From: Diplonema japonicum
Lineage: Eukaryota; Protista; Euglenozoa: Diplonemea
Reading direction: 5' to 3'
DNA length: 64,000 bases
Assembly (NCBI GenBank): GCA_964019335.1
Contig: OZ025698.1
Coordinates: 434,001-498,000 of the forward strand
Under the pieces are notes generated by a model. That model saw only the letters and a program-made list of their open reading frames with translations. It had not been told where the DNA came from and did no database searches. Positions 1 to 12,274 of the stretch are shown here, piece by piece. Position numbers and translations under genes: made by a program. Each line of letters starts with the position of its first letter. Position 1 is the first letter of the stretch.

Positions 1-641
1 CCGTGGTATCATCTCCGCCTCGCAGCATCAGGTTATCATTGACAAAGAGGTTTGTTTTTTTTTTTTTTTTGGGGGAAAAAAAAAAAAAAAAAGGTCTGGG
101 ATACACGGACGCACCGCCTCTTGTGCACCATCCCGTCACTGGCGTCCAGTGTGATGCAGCCGTGTTGGAAGGGGCATGTTATTTACGGTATGGATTGGAA
201 GAAGAAGGAAAAAGTTTTTTTTAAAAGGTATAAAGCATCGAATAGAAAGTGAGGTCGAAGCAGTTAAGCACACCACGTATGTGAAGGAATAAAAATAACA
301 ACACCTTTTTCCCCTTTCTCAGGTTCACGGTTGTTGATGGTGTGAGTTTTGACCACATCACCACTCAGAACCAATATGACCAAGTTGAAGATTTCGCCTC
401 AGACCCTACAGGGGCTTTCATCGGCTGCTCGCTGGTCAGCGACGGTGAGTCTCAAGTAAAGCTCTATCATGTTGGCCGCACCACGAACAGCGACGACAGC
501 GAAACAGACGACCAGGAGACCCACTCAGATGACGCAGGCAATGGTAACGACACAGGTACTGATGACCAGGAGGAAGATGAGGAAGACTGGACAGGCACCG
601 CAGATTCTGATAGCGGTGAGATGATCCAAGAATGGGACTAG
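1..641 (+). CDS. DCAF1: 3' part of a DCAF1/VprBP-like WD40 protein with acidic tail (partial; introns 50-93, 188-227, 277-322)
   Basis: Removing three GT-AG introns gives one frame: QVIIDKEVWDTRTHRLLCTIPSL...GHVIYG...FTVVDGVSFDHITT...DFASDPTG...VKLYHVGR plus a D/E-rich tail. This matches the DCAF1 C-terminal layout from memory. Confidence 0.65.
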
Positions 642-967
642 AAAAACAAAAAAAAAAACAAAAAGAAGAAGAAAAAAAACAACATTAAAAACGAAAAGAA
701 GAAGGAAGAAAAAAAGATCAGTTTACAGTTCACCTTTATTATTTTATTTTTTTTTTAAATGTTGGACCCCCTGTTTTCGCAGCCGTGACAATGCGTTGTA
801 GTGGGAATCTTCCCTTTTGTCGGTCCTACCAAGCAGTTTTCCATTTTTTTTTTCTTTCCCCGGAGTTAGAAAGAAAAAAGAAGGGGAAAAAAAAAAGAGA
901 CGAAAGCAGTTTTTTTTTTTTTTTTTTTTTTTTTAGAAGAAACTTAAAGACATTCTGAGGCGGAGAA

Positions 968-1607
968 ATGAAGAGAAATGCACCGTCTGTGCAGCTAGCC
1001 GTGAGCCTTCCCTCCTCGGAGTGGGTGACTGTTGACGCAGAGGCAACAGAAAGCATGAAGGAGGTGAAGGGGAGAATCGCGTCGTTGGCCAAACTCGGCA
1101 AGAACGCCTTCGTCCTCACTTTCGATGGGGAGGAGGTGGGGGATGACAGTGACGGGAGGGCAGTTGGGGACCTTCCCTTCGAGGACCAGAGCACGCTTAA
1201 GGTAGTCTACAACAAGAAACATGAGATTCTCATGAAACTAGACGAAATGGGGTACAAGGAAGGAATGGCACGAGTGATAAAGGTGCTGAGCCCAAAATCT
1301 AAGAGGCCTTGGAGGTCCTTTGATAAGCAGATGTGCGAGATTCTGGGCTTGATGGCCGACGCTGGGCTTTGCGAAGACCTGGAGGAAGTCAGCACAGTGC
1401 TTTTTCTCTTGGCGGAAAAACACCAGCTTCTTCTTAACAGTGCGGAGCTCCTCCTCACCCGTACTGGGGTTGACATCAACGGGGAGAATGCCCATCAGCA
1501 GACGCCACTTTACGTGGCTGTAGCCGCAACAGGCTCCTACGGGGAAATGGCAGACCTGTTCGTGAGGCACGGCGCTGATGCAGATTGTTTAAATTCAGAT
1601 TGTTCAG

Positions 1608-1641
<34 letters not shown>

Positions 1642-1642
1642 G
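968..1642 (+). CDS. Ubiquitin-like domain plus ankyrin repeat protein, possibly 3'-truncated
   Basis: N-terminal Ubl-like segment and ankyrin motif GVDINGENAHQQTPLYVAV. Paralogous to 49696-50898. The ORF ends inside a long A run. Confidence 0.6.
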
Positions 1643-1756
1643 CATGATATAAAAAAAAAAAAATAAATCGTTCTTGTGTGGTGGGATGAAAATCTATGGA
1701 GACATCATGCGTTCATCCAAAGTCGTGACAGGTTTATAAAAAAAAAAAAAAAAAAA

Positions 1757-2116
1757 ATGGATTTGGCCAACCGAAAGAACTCTGTACAAGTGGTGCGGGA
1801 AGCGAACAGGGCGCACAAATGGGAACACGGCTCAGTGTGGAAACGATGCTGTAAGAAGGTTGCTTACAGCTTCCCTCCGCCGCCACAAGAGTCGAGGTCA
1901 TGGGAAGATGTGAACAGGCTCCCCCAGAGGGACCACGACAGGCAGTTCACACACGCTGAACTACCGAATGTTCACTACAAATCTAACAAGGGTCACAAAA
2001 AGGCGAAACTCGGTATTTCCAGGAAGTATAACGGGAGGAGTGGTACGTGGAACCGCAGAATGCTTCGCCACGGCAACGCGTTGATGGACTGCGAGATGCT
2101 TGATTTCCGTATTTGA
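1757..2116 (+). CDS. Small basic hypothetical protein (paralog of 2300-2593)
   Basis: ATG directly after an A run. Shares NxAHKW(E/D)xxxVWKR and SWxDxxRLPQ with the next ORF. Confidence 0.55.
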   Translation: MDLANRKNSVQVVREANRAHKWEHGSVWKRCCKKVAYSFPPPPQESRSWEDVNRLPQRDHDRQFTHAELPNVHYKSNKGHKKAKLGISRKYNGRSGTWNRRMLRHGNALMDCEMLDFRI

Positions 2117-2299
2117 GCCAAAATTATGTTTACCCCTAACTTTAAAAAAAGAAAAAAAAAATTCTTTTCTTCTGTATTTTCTTTGTCCTAACCATCTGAA
2201 GAAAACGACGCTCCCTCTCTCTCTTTTTATTATTTTTTTTTATTTGCTAGAATATACACGAACTAAAAAGGTTTTACAAAAAAAAAAAAAAAAAAGATT

Positions 2300-2593
2300 A
2301 TGACCGATTTCGAGGCAGCAAAGTACAGCGTGAGGTTGAACCGAGACCACAACCAGGCCCACAAATGGGACAACGAGAAGGTCTGGAAGCGAATGGAAGC
2401 ACCTGCGATGCCGGAACAGTCGTGGAAGGACAGCGACCGCCTTCCTCAGGACGCCTGTGATAAACGCCTCTTTGGCAAGGCACACTGGAGGTACAAACCC
2501 AAGAAATCCACGAAAGGTGTGAACAAGCCCGCACGTGGGTCATCCCGCCACTGCGCTTTCACCACCCAGGAGGTGTGTGATACAAGGTTGTAG
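2300..2593 (+). CDS. Small basic hypothetical protein (paralog of 1757-2116)
   Basis: Protein-level similarity to the upstream ORF despite divergent DNA. Confidence 0.55.
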   Translation: MTDFEAAKYSVRLNRDHNQAHKWDNEKVWKRMEAPAMPEQSWKDSDRLPQDACDKRLFGKAHWRYKPKKSTKGVNKPARGSSRHCAFTTQEVCDTRL

Positions 2594-3051
2594 ACCTGTG
2601 TTCTATTTTCTTTTTTATTTATTTATCTCCATACATTCATTTCTCATTCTATCCTTTTCTTTTTGAAATGTGTCCTATAGCATTGTTATAAAAAAAAAAA
2701 GTATGAACGAAGGGTATGTCTCACAAGACCTTCCCTTTTTAACTCATATAGCAAAAAAAAAATTTTTTTTTCCCCCCCTTCTTCCCTCCCTCTTTTTCTC
2801 TTTTTTTTTTTTCTTTCTTGGTGGCGCCGTTAATGTGTGGTGTAAGAATATCACAACAGGCCCCCCCCCCCTCCTCAATTGGAGGGTGCAAAATATAAAA
2901 AAAAAAAAGTAAAGGTTTTCTCCAGATTCATCCTAACCCTGTTTTTTCTTCTTCTTTTTTTTCTTTAGCGTTCATGTGTTTGATTCCCATTATCCCACTT
3001 CACCACAAAGGAAAAGGGAGCGGGGGGAAGAGGGGGAGGAAACACAAAACC

Positions 3052-5919
3052 ATGAATGGGGAATGTCGGCGAACGTCACCTAGAAGGAGGCTGCGGGGTG
3101 GGCACGCAGACGAACTAGCAGGACAGGCAGAGGCCCTACTGCGGGAACTAAAGGGCACCACACCATCACCGTCGCCCGTGTACGTTCCGCCCTTCGTTGT
3201 TCCCGTGTCACCAGTGACTGTGCCATTTATCTCGGAGAGGCCTCCACCACTGAAGAGCTCTTTCGTCACATCACTTCGTGATGTGTCGCCTTCACGATCA
3301 CACGCGCCGGAGGTAAACGCACATCCGCCCCCTGAACCGCGAAAAACGTTCAGGGAAGTGGAAGAAAGGCTGAACCTGCCCCTTATCGAGGCGCAGGGTA
3401 AGATCGACCAGCTCCTTTTGCAACTTGATGTAGCCATGGAGGCGCAGAAGACGCTTTCCCTCCGTCTTGAAGAGTCCCGAAAACAAGCCCATGATGCCAC
3501 CCTCAGAGCACAGGAAGCACACGAGCTCCGCGCTGCCAACGAAGCCCTCAAACAACAGCTCGCAGCGGCCAACATTAAGAACAACGGCCTCGCCACCGCT
3601 GCTGAGGAACGCGACGCCCTTGCCGACAAGGTCGCGCAGCTGGAAAAAGACCTTGCGCAGCTCAAGCAGGACGCTGAGTCTGAAAACGCAAACCTCGCCG
3701 AAGAAAAAGACAATGCATACGCACAGCTCCTGCGTGAAAAGGAAGCTGCTGACGAAGCAGTGCGGCGTCTCATGGCCCAGGCAGATGGCGCACACGTCCC
3801 ATGCGAACAGGCTCTGGCGGAGGAGAGCAGCAAGAGAGCCACCGCAGAAGCAAACGCGGCGCACCTCACGGACCTCTTAAAACAAGCAGCGGAGGAGGCA
3901 GACGCCAATGCCACGGAACGCGAGGCACTACTCGCACAACTCAACCAGCTGCAGAAACAGATGAGCGACGACGACAGCTCTGGTGTCATCGAGGATCTCA
4001 GGAACCAGCTTGCGCAACGCAATGCGGAGCTTGCAGCAAAAGACAGCGCACTGGCTGACATGGAGGCGAAGATAGACACGCTGGAAAGGGAGATCGAAGG
4101 GCAGCTCGACGCCAGCACCTCTGCCCTGAGCAACATGGACGCCGAGAGGTCCGCTTCGATGGCAAAACTGCGGGGCGAGCTGCGTGTTGCCGAGAGCAAG
4201 ATACAGCAGCTGCAGCTAGAGCTTGAAGCCGCACAACGTGGGCTGCAAGACAGCAACAGCAGCTTGCAAGCTACTCACACCGCAGAGACCAAGGCTGCAC
4301 AGCTGCTCCATGAACTCGAAATGGTGCGAAAGGAACTAGAGGCAGAACGGGCCAACGGTGCCAGAGCTCAGCAAGACAGTACAGCTCGTCTCGAGCAGCT
4401 GAAAAGCGAGCTGAGCAGCGTAAGAGATGAGCTGCAGGCCTGCAAGCAACGGGAAGTCAACCTTGCTGGTGGTAAAGGCAGTGCTGAACACCGTGCTGAG
4501 CTCCTTGAAGGCGAAGTGGCTAGGCTAACAGCTGCCCTAAAAGACATGGAGGAGGCGCTGAGGCAGGAACGTGAATCAGCAGACAAGCGCGTGAAGGCGG
4601 AGCAGGACGCTGCGGCCGCGATGCGCGACGAACTCCACGCAAAGATCACCGCACTGCAGAAGAGCAAAGTAGCGGGAATTGAAGAAACCGACAACTTGGT
4701 GTCCGACCTCACCAATCAACTAGCACAGGCAAGACTCGCAAAGCAGAAGGCTGAAGCGGAGAAGGAGGACATGAAGATGGCATACGAGAAGCAGATACAA
4801 GACTTCAAGTCTGCCATGAACAGGGCAGCGCAGCAGCACGATGCCGACATGCAAGCGCTCAATGCGAACCATCAAAAGACCGTTGCCGATGCCGTGCAGG
4901 CCCAACGTGAGGAGCGTGCCGTGCTTCACGCACAGGAGATGGATGCTCTGAGGCAGCAGCTAAGCGACGAGCTGATGGCGGCGAACAGCAGACACAACGC
5001 TGCAATGAAAAAGCTGAGCGATGAGTTGGTCAGCAAGACCGCAATTCTAGAAACACTAGCGGCAGAGTTGGAGCAGCTGCGCGAGGAGCTCAACAGGACG
5101 AACGAGTCGAAAACGGCACTACAGATAAACATACAAAAGTACAGTTCAATGGAACGATCGAACATGGGCACACAGGTGGAGGCGGGGACAGCAACAGCAG
5201 GAGTGCAAACGGACGATCGAAAATGCGGGACAATAGCGACGCAGGCGGACATCAAAGACGAACGGGTCGAGATGGAGTTGAAGATACACAGGGAGGCCGT
5301 TGAAAGGGCGAAAAAACTTGCTGCACAAGAAAGCCTGTCAAGAAGCAAGCAAATCGAAGAGCTCGAGACCATCAAAAGAGCTGCAGTCCAGGACGCTTTT
5401 GCAAAAGGTGAGAGGCTGCGGGAAGCAGAGGCTGCGAAGAAGCGACTTCTTGACGAGCTGGCAGAAAGAGAAGCAAGGCTCGAAGCTCTGATCACAGAGC
5501 TCGAAAGCATGCGGGGGTTGGAAAGGCAGATGATGGACGCCAATGGAAAGAACGACGCACTGACCACAGAGGCGGAGAATGTGCAGGAGAAGCTACAAGA
5601 AGCCTTGGAACAGCTTCTAGCGAAGAAGCAGCAGATAGAAAGGCTTGAGAGGGAGCTCGAAGCTTGCAATGTCCGTACTGAGCGCAGGGCGTCGACTACG
5701 GCTTGGGCACCAGCACCCACTACGCCTGTGTCGCCTGTTCTTGGCCGCCCTCCACCAGGAAGGTTCCGTTCCACCCCTACTTCCTTTTCGTTGACACAGC
5801 AGGCCTGCCAACCGCCGCCTGTTCAACCGCAGCAGGTCTGCCAACCAGTCCCCTACCACCAGCACGTAGAGGTTGAAATTATTTCTGAAACGCCAGGTTA
5901 CATGCGTTCGGTGTGCTGA
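3052..5919 (+). CDS. Long coiled-coil protein with Pro-rich termini
   Basis: About 955-codon uninterrupted ORF rich in A/E/L/Q/K heptads. Start at 3052 preferred over 2974, which lies in low-complexity sequence. Confidence 0.8.
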   Translation: MNGECRRTSPRRRLRGGHADELAGQAEALLRELKGTTPSPSPVYVPPFVVPVSPVTVPFISERPPPLKSSFVTSLRDVSPSRSHAPEVNAHPPPEPRKTFREVEERLNLPLIEAQGKIDQLLLQLDVAMEAQKTLSLRLEESRKQAHDATLRAQEAHELRAANEALKQQLAAANIKNNGLATAAEERDALADKVAQLEKDLAQLKQDAESENANLAEEKDNAYAQLLREKEAADEAVRRLMAQADGAHVPCEQALAEESSKRATAEANAAHLTDLLKQAAEEADANATEREALLAQLNQLQKQMSDDDSSGVIEDLRNQLAQRNAELAAKDSALADMEAKIDTLEREIEGQLDASTSALSNMDAERSASMAKLRGELRVAESKIQQLQLELEAAQRGLQDSNSSLQATHTAETKAAQLLHELEMVRKELEAERANGARAQQDSTARLEQLKSELSSVRDELQACKQREVNLAGGKGSAEHRAELLEGEVARLTAALKDMEEALRQERESADKRVKAEQDAAAAMRDELHAKITALQKSKVAGIEETDNLVSDLTNQLAQARLAKQKAEAEKEDMKMAYEKQIQDFKSAMNRAAQQHDADMQALNANHQKTVADAVQAQREERAVLHAQEMDALRQQLSDELMAANSRHNAAMKKLSDELVSKTAILETLAAELEQLREELNRTNESKTALQINIQKYSSMERSNMGTQVEAGTATAGVQTDDRKCGTIATQADIKDERVEMELKIHREAVERAKKLAAQESLSRSKQIEELETIKRAAVQDAFAKGERLREAEAAKKRLLDELAEREARLEALITELESMRGLERQMMDANGKNDALTTEAENVQEKLQEALEQLLAKKQQIERLERELEACNVRTERRASTTAWAPAPTTPVSPVLGRPPPGRFRSTPTSFSLTQQACQPPPVQPQQVCQPVPYHQHVEVEIISETPGYMRSVC

Positions 5920-6438
5920 GGCGGGTTTACTTGTAAAAAGAAATGTATTTTGTACCCCCCCCCCGTAGTTTTTTTTGTAGAGATTTTTTTTGTGTCACCT
6001 TTTTTTTTTTCAGCCTTCTCATTATTTTTCTCGCTCACTTGGTAAGAACGGGAGGGGGGGAAGGGGGGGGGGGGGTGTAACTATTTTTTTACCCCCATTT
6101 CGAGATTTAGCTATTATTTATTTTTTTTTGTATGATTTTTTTGTGCAGTTATCTTCTTCTTATTCGGGGGGCGGGCAGTTCAACGCTTCTTTTCTTTTTT
6201 TGTTGTTGTTTTCAAAAAAAAAAAATGTGCCGTCGTGCGCCAATATTCGATTCGTCTAGAAAGAGTTTTTCTTTTTTTTTTAAACACGCTCGAGGCAAAA
6301 AAAAAAAAAAAATTGTTGTTTGTATACCACAGTTTCTCTTCCCGCATCCCCCACTTCCCTTTGTTACATCATTCGTTTTTGTTGACAGCAATAACACACT
6401 CACACAGTTTTTCTTTTTTTTCTTTTATACCTCTTTTC

Positions 6439-8984
6439 ATGCCGTTGCTTTCTATCCGCAATACCATAATCTCGTTGGTGCTGTTCTGTATAACGGTAAC
6501 CGCGTTCTTCTCCACATTCTTCTCGATTCTCAGCGGACAGAAGGCGCTGGATGAGACAACAACCGCACGAGACGCTTCCCTGGCACGCTGCTTCGAGACA
6601 GGAGAGGACAGCGTCCTAAGCCGCACAAACGACTTCCTGAACCAGATCAACAGCGGCATCGTCACAGGCATCAAGGCAAGACTGTTCTCAATGCAACTCT
6701 TGACAGAAAAGTACATCTCACAGATGCAAACTTACGACGCAGCAACGACAGAAACTTGGGATTATTTATTTGAAAAACGTAGCGACCTGTGGCATCTGAT
6801 GCACACCCAACGCAAAGCAGGGGTCACCGGGTGTGGGTACATCACGAGGAAGCAAATGATGCTTCAAGTTTACGAAAATCCAAACAACATCCGCAACACA
6901 AACGGGTTCCACCCCATCTACTACAGTTTTAACAACGGGACAGACTACGAGTCACACGGGCCGACCGCTCAAAGAACATACATCACAACCGCCAAGCCGT
7001 TGACCGCAGAGCAAACAGGGCCGTATCGTGAGAATGTGTGCGCGGATGCAGATTATCCTAAACAGGAAAGCGACCCTCCTTTGTCCACATGCCACGTCCC
7101 ACATTACACCCCTCATGGCGCTACGTTCTGGCCGTTGTCGTTCTTCATCCAACCGGGTTCGGAGAACATTCGATGGTCGCAGTTGATCTCGGTCGGCCCG
7201 TTCATTGCTGTAACATTGATAGGTACCTCCGTGACGCCCGGTACTACTGGGATATACAGTTTGTTCTTTTTGGGAATGGATTTGGGTCAAATGAGCAAAT
7301 ACCTGTCGGGGATTGACCTGGGCTCGGAGAAAGCCCGGGCGTACACCAACGTCGCTAGCAATTGGATGGAACAACTGACCAAAGAGAGTCAACAATACGC
7401 GCTGACCGGTGTCTCAAGGGGGATGTATGTTTTTTTTTTTTCTCTTTTTTTTCTCTTACCCACCCACGCAGAGCTGTCAACAATAGCAACCCTGAGCAAA
7501 GAACGATTATCACGCCTGATGAGTCGGCAGACCCCATCATTTCAGGGACGGGTGCGTACATAAGGGATTTGAATGGTTCTTATGAGGGTTTGGTAAACGC
7601 ATCGACGGCGCACGAGTTCGAGATGAACGGGGAGAGCTTCTTCGTGAAGGTCACCCGTCTTCAGGACCTTGCACACGGCATCAACTGGTACTGCACGGTG
7701 GTCATAGACAGGGCGTACATTTTAGGGTCCATCGATGCTCAGATCGTAGCGTTGCGCGACTCCCTGCACCGCTCTAGTGACGATGTTGACGATGACCTCC
7801 GCCGAGACAGGGCAGCATTGATCGCATCAATCGCCGCTGCTGGTGTTGTAATGCTTACACTGTGCGTTGTCCTGGTCATGAAAATTATAGAACCGCTTGT
7901 CATTCTTCAGCAGGAAATGGCGTTGGTCGCAATGATGCGGCTGGAAGGTGTCCACACAGAGAAGCCACGGAGCAGGTTAGCGGAGGTTAAATGCATGCAG
8001 GAGAGTTTTTTCACAATGCACCGCAACCTCAAGGAGTACAGGAATTACATGCCCGCGTCGATCCTGGAACCGGCAAGCGACGGGGACGGCACGGAAGTGT
8101 CCGATACTTTGGAAGAATCCCTCACCGCAATCGGGTCGCCGACGACTAGCTACGGCGAGAGCACCACAACCGTGCAGACCACAAAAAGCATCGGTGTGGG
8201 TGTGTTTACAAACGAACTTCGAGCCAGAAAAGTTTCGCTTCTTGCCGTCGGCTGTAAGAGTCTTCACAGCGAGACAAACATGACCGTTTTACTAACAACT
8301 CATAGAAACTATCTGGCAAGCATTTTACAGGTCTGCAAAGAGTTGAAAGGCATCCCCGACAGCTTCCAGGGTGACATGGTCTATGTGTCGTGGAATGCAG
8401 TTCGGGTTACTTCAAACCAAGCGTCTTCTGTGGGAAAATGTTGCCAACTACTGGAAGCGAAGGTAGAGGGGGAGCTTGCCATAGGCGGGGTCAATGGGAC
8501 AGTAAGGTGCGGCAACATGGGCTGCGAAGGGATGAAAAAATTCAGTTTCATGGGCGGTCTGTTCGGGTTGCTGAACGTGACCCAAAAACTAAACAGCGAA
8601 TTCGACACCACGAATTTAATCACAGATTCCGTAATGGAACTGTCAAAGGTAGGGTTTTACACCAAACCAGTCACGAAAATTCTTTACACGCCTTACTCAA
8701 AGGAGCCGGTCTGTCTTCACACTGTTATGGGTGTTCGTGATGTGACCGCTGGTGAGTGGATGTACGAGTTGCAGGAAGCGGAAAGTAGCACCCCGTATGC
8801 TGCTTATAACTTGTCTGTTCGGTGCTTTTTTGAATCTAATTATCAATCGGCGGCTGAGGCCATTGGGAGGCAGAGTGTTATGGACCCACATATTAAAAAG
8901 TACAAGGAGGTTTTGTTCCGCAGGCTTAGTGATAAGATTCCCTTTGCACCGCTGACTGCAATCCCGATGAGTTGCGCGGGGTGA
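6439..8984 (+). CDS. Receptor-type membrane protein with degenerate class III nucleotidyl cyclase domain (intron 7425-7471)
   Basis: N-terminal TM helix, extracellular region, second TM helix, HAMP-like linker (IIEPL...EM...RLAEVKCM), then cyclase-like motifs FQGD and GTVRCGNMG. A 47-nt GT-AG intron joins ORFs 6235 and 7362 in frame. Confidence 0.7.
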
Positions 8985-9755
8985 AGAGGAATAATATTTT
9001 TTTTTTTTTTTTTTTTTTGTAACAAATACTGCTCAGCTTTTTTGTAAGAGCAACAAAAAAAAAGTTTTTTTTTGAATTGAGAAAAACTGCTATCTAGACC
9101 CCCTGTATTTTTAAATGCTTAAATTCAGCCCCCCCCCCCCCCCTAGAAATCACACACCTGCTGCCTGTCTTACCACAATAAGATGACGGTTAAAATCTTA
9201 GGGGTCTAGTTAGCACTCCACCCTTTTTTATTTCTCTTTTCTTCTATTCCTAATGACTATTAGTACCTTATTCTTTTTTGTTTCTTTTTTTTTTTTCCTT
9301 CTTTTTTTTTGCCGTACGTACTAAAAAAAAGCTTTTATTATTATTATTATTATTATCTACACCCACGTTAAGAATAAGTTTTACCCCCCCCCAAAAAAAA
9401 GTGTATGTTAACTTTTATATTGTTATAGTGAGCCCCCCTCCCCCCCTCTAAACTAACAAATTTCTATTTACAAGCTTTTTTTTGGCTACTACCACTCTGT
9501 GCTCCACAACGTACTTTATGGTACTTATGGCAGGGACTGTGGTAGGAGCACAGAAACACCGTTGTCTTGTGGTCGCCTTGAAGTTAACAAGATTAAATTC
9601 TATTTTTTTTTTTCTACAACGGATATGTTATCCCCCCATTTTCTTTTTTACTCACACCACAAGAGGCTGTCCTCGAGTGGGATTGTCTTTTACTATGAGT
9701 TTTTTCTTTATCTTCTTTCCTTTCTGAGCTACCATCCAGAAGTGTCGAAACAACC

Positions 9756-9786
<31 letters not shown>

Positions 9787-9845
9787 CGCCCTATGACCAC
9801 TCTCTGACCGTGTCACCAGCTAAAACACCATTTTTTATTAAATGT

Positions 9846-9880
<35 letters not shown>

Positions 9881-10682
9881 CCACCATATAGGGGATAAAT
9901 ATTGCGTTTATACTTCTGATTTGTTACTGTAAACAATATAAAAGAAACCTCAAGAAACGTCCCCCTCAACTCAAAGAAATTCCATAATTCACCCATGCCA
10001 CCGGTGTTTCTAAATCTTTTCATTCAGAAAAGTTCCAAAAACAAAAACAAAAAACACACAAAAAAAAAAAAAAAAAACAAATCGTCTTTGAACAAGTCAC
10101 ATCCTGTATCCCCCCCCTCGGAATGTTTTATGTGAATTGCTGCTGTATGCAGTCTTTTATTCCCTTCCTTCCCTCCTTCCTTAGGCAATTAAGGACTGAT
10201 AAGAGATTTATTTCCTCTTTCATTCTGCTTGATGAATTCAGTAGTTACTTTCCACCTTAGTTTTTTTTATTATTCTTAAGTAGGCAGTGCTTGTGCAGGG
10301 CGCCACCAACACTGGCCCTTCCAACTTTATCTCTTATATTCTTTTTCTTTTTTGGGTTGTGTCAAATCTTTGAATTGAAAGACCTCCCCCTTTTTTTTTT
10401 TTTTGTTTTTTTTTTTTTTGCGAAGTTTTTTTTTTTTTATTTTATTTTCAAATACAATTTTGAGCAACGAAATACGCCAAGTTCAAGACTGTTATTTTTT
10501 TTATTAAAAGGGGGCTTTACCTCAAGTAGGAATTGTCTTTTTTTTCTTTTTTTTTTTTTTTTTTCTCTTGTCAAACAATTCCGTGATATAACACCGGAAG
10601 AAAAAAAAATCGCCTATTCACAAGATTTCTCGAAGAAAAAAAAAAGAATTGGCTGCTTCCTGCTTCTTGTTGAATTAATGAG

Positions 10683-11453
10683 AAAAGAGGAACTGGCCGT
10701 TGTTTGTACGTGCCGGGTAAAACCTGGAGAAGTTTGTCAACCCGAAACACGTTGCCAACGTTCCCCTTTTGTTTAGACAAGTCAAAGACTCGTTCTTGCA
10801 AAAGAGGAACTGGCCGTTGTTTGTACGTGCCGGTCCATATAAAAAAACGCCCTCCCCCCTCCCCTCTAAATGTAAAGTGAATCATTCCTTTTGGTCCTTT
10901 TCCTTTTTTTTTTTTTTAAAGAGAGGGTCCGGGCAAAATTAAAGTAAAAGCGCGTAAACCGCATTGGTCTTGAACCAAACTAAAAAGGGAACTGCACGGC
11001 TGTCTAACAAAGAATCTTCTGAGAGGCCAGCCCTCGTATACCGATCTGCGAGATTCTCGGCAGATGGGACATAAACCAGCTCTAGCTGGCACCCGCTGTT
11101 GGTGAGCATGCTCTGGAGCAACGCCAACCATTGCATAGTGGTTGCGTCCAGAGAAAAGCCACGAGTCACGTAGCCGATGACTGCCTTGTTGTCGCACTGT
11201 GCTATAACCCTCGCGTTATTTTCACGCTGAGTTATCCAGTGGACCAAGCGAACCACCCCGAACAGCTCCGTCAGGTGTATGTCCACACCCGATAGGCAAG
11301 GTGGGAACACACCAGACAGCAGTGCCTCCATACACCAATACAAAGCCCCAACCCACAGCGCTCGCGTCCGGCACACCCTTGAGTAGCCTTGCCAGAGGGG
11401 GACACCAAGCCAGCCAGTCGTTAGCCCTAACGTCAAAGACTCGTTCTTGCAAA
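10683..11453 (-). mobile_element. Non-autonomous DIRS-group (Ngaro/PAT/VIPER/TATE-like) mini-element with split direct repeats and an RNase H remnant
   Basis: Minus-strand ORF 10939-11436 has DIRS-type RNase H motifs (TELFGV, CDNKAV, YVPSAENLADRYTR). Repeat A is 22 nt (11432-11453 = 10781-10802) and repeat B is 34 nt (10800-10833 = 10683-10716). Order on the minus strand is A1-ORF-B1-A2-B2. Confidence 0.65.
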
Positions 11454-12274
11454 CAAAAAAAAAAAAAAAAAAAAAAAAAAAACGTCAAAAATTTTGGGAA
11501 AACGCGACTATATATAAAAAAAAAAAAAAAAAAAGGGGGGGGTTTTTACTTTTTTTTTTTTGTGTGCGTGTTGTTTTCTCTCTCTCCCCTACACTTCTGT
11601 TTTTTTTTTTTTTTTTTTTTTTTTTTTCTTTTTCTGCGGGCCGTTGCTAACCACTTCGTTCCTATCATAGTGAATTTTTCTTCTCCCCTTTGAGATAACC
11701 CCTATACAAATGTGGATATTTTTTTTTTTTTTTGATAATAAAAAAAAATGGAATTTGCTTTTGCACGATATGAAGTGAACACGCCCTTAAGGCGATCCAG
11801 TCGTATTCTGCTGCTGCAAGTTTCCTTTAAAAGCATGTTTTGTTATGTGATTTTCTATGTACCTTCCTCTTTTCCCTTTTTTTTTTTTCTTCCCCTCCCC
11901 CCCTCCCTTCAATTGTGGAAGAAAAAAAAAAAGAAAAAAAAAAGAAGAGCCCACTGTTATAACATTGTGTTTGTTTTACACAACCAACTGAAATAGCATG
12001 TTTTGTTTCTTCTTCTTCTTTTTTTTTTTTCCTTCTTCCCCTCTCTCCCCTCCTTTCCTCTTTCTTTCCCTTTCTTATTTTGAATGTTCGCTTTGAACAG
12101 GTTAAAAAAAAGAAAAAAAAAACAAGATAAAAGAAAGAAAGCTATGGGGGGGTGGGGATTTCTTTTCCAACTTGTCTAAACAAAAAAAGGAGTTATTTCT
12201 ACCCCATCACATCACGTACAGGCAACAGCGGTCCTCTTTCTCGCTTCTCTTCCTTTTTTTTTTGAGTAGATTAA

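Noticed and set aside
3000-5774. Long antisense ORFs over coiled-coil genes (also 14282-20368, 56298-57590)
   Set aside because: These are Ser/Ala/Phe-rich shadows of biased + strand codons.
9094-9209. 9-bp inverted repeat CTAGACCCC/GGGGTCTAG as a MITE
   Set aside because: It is too short, single-copy here, and has no clear target duplication.
9508-9526. GTACTTTATGGTA resembling the spliced-leader exon/intron boundary
   Set aside because: The match is short and imperfect, and the rest of the SL exon is absent.
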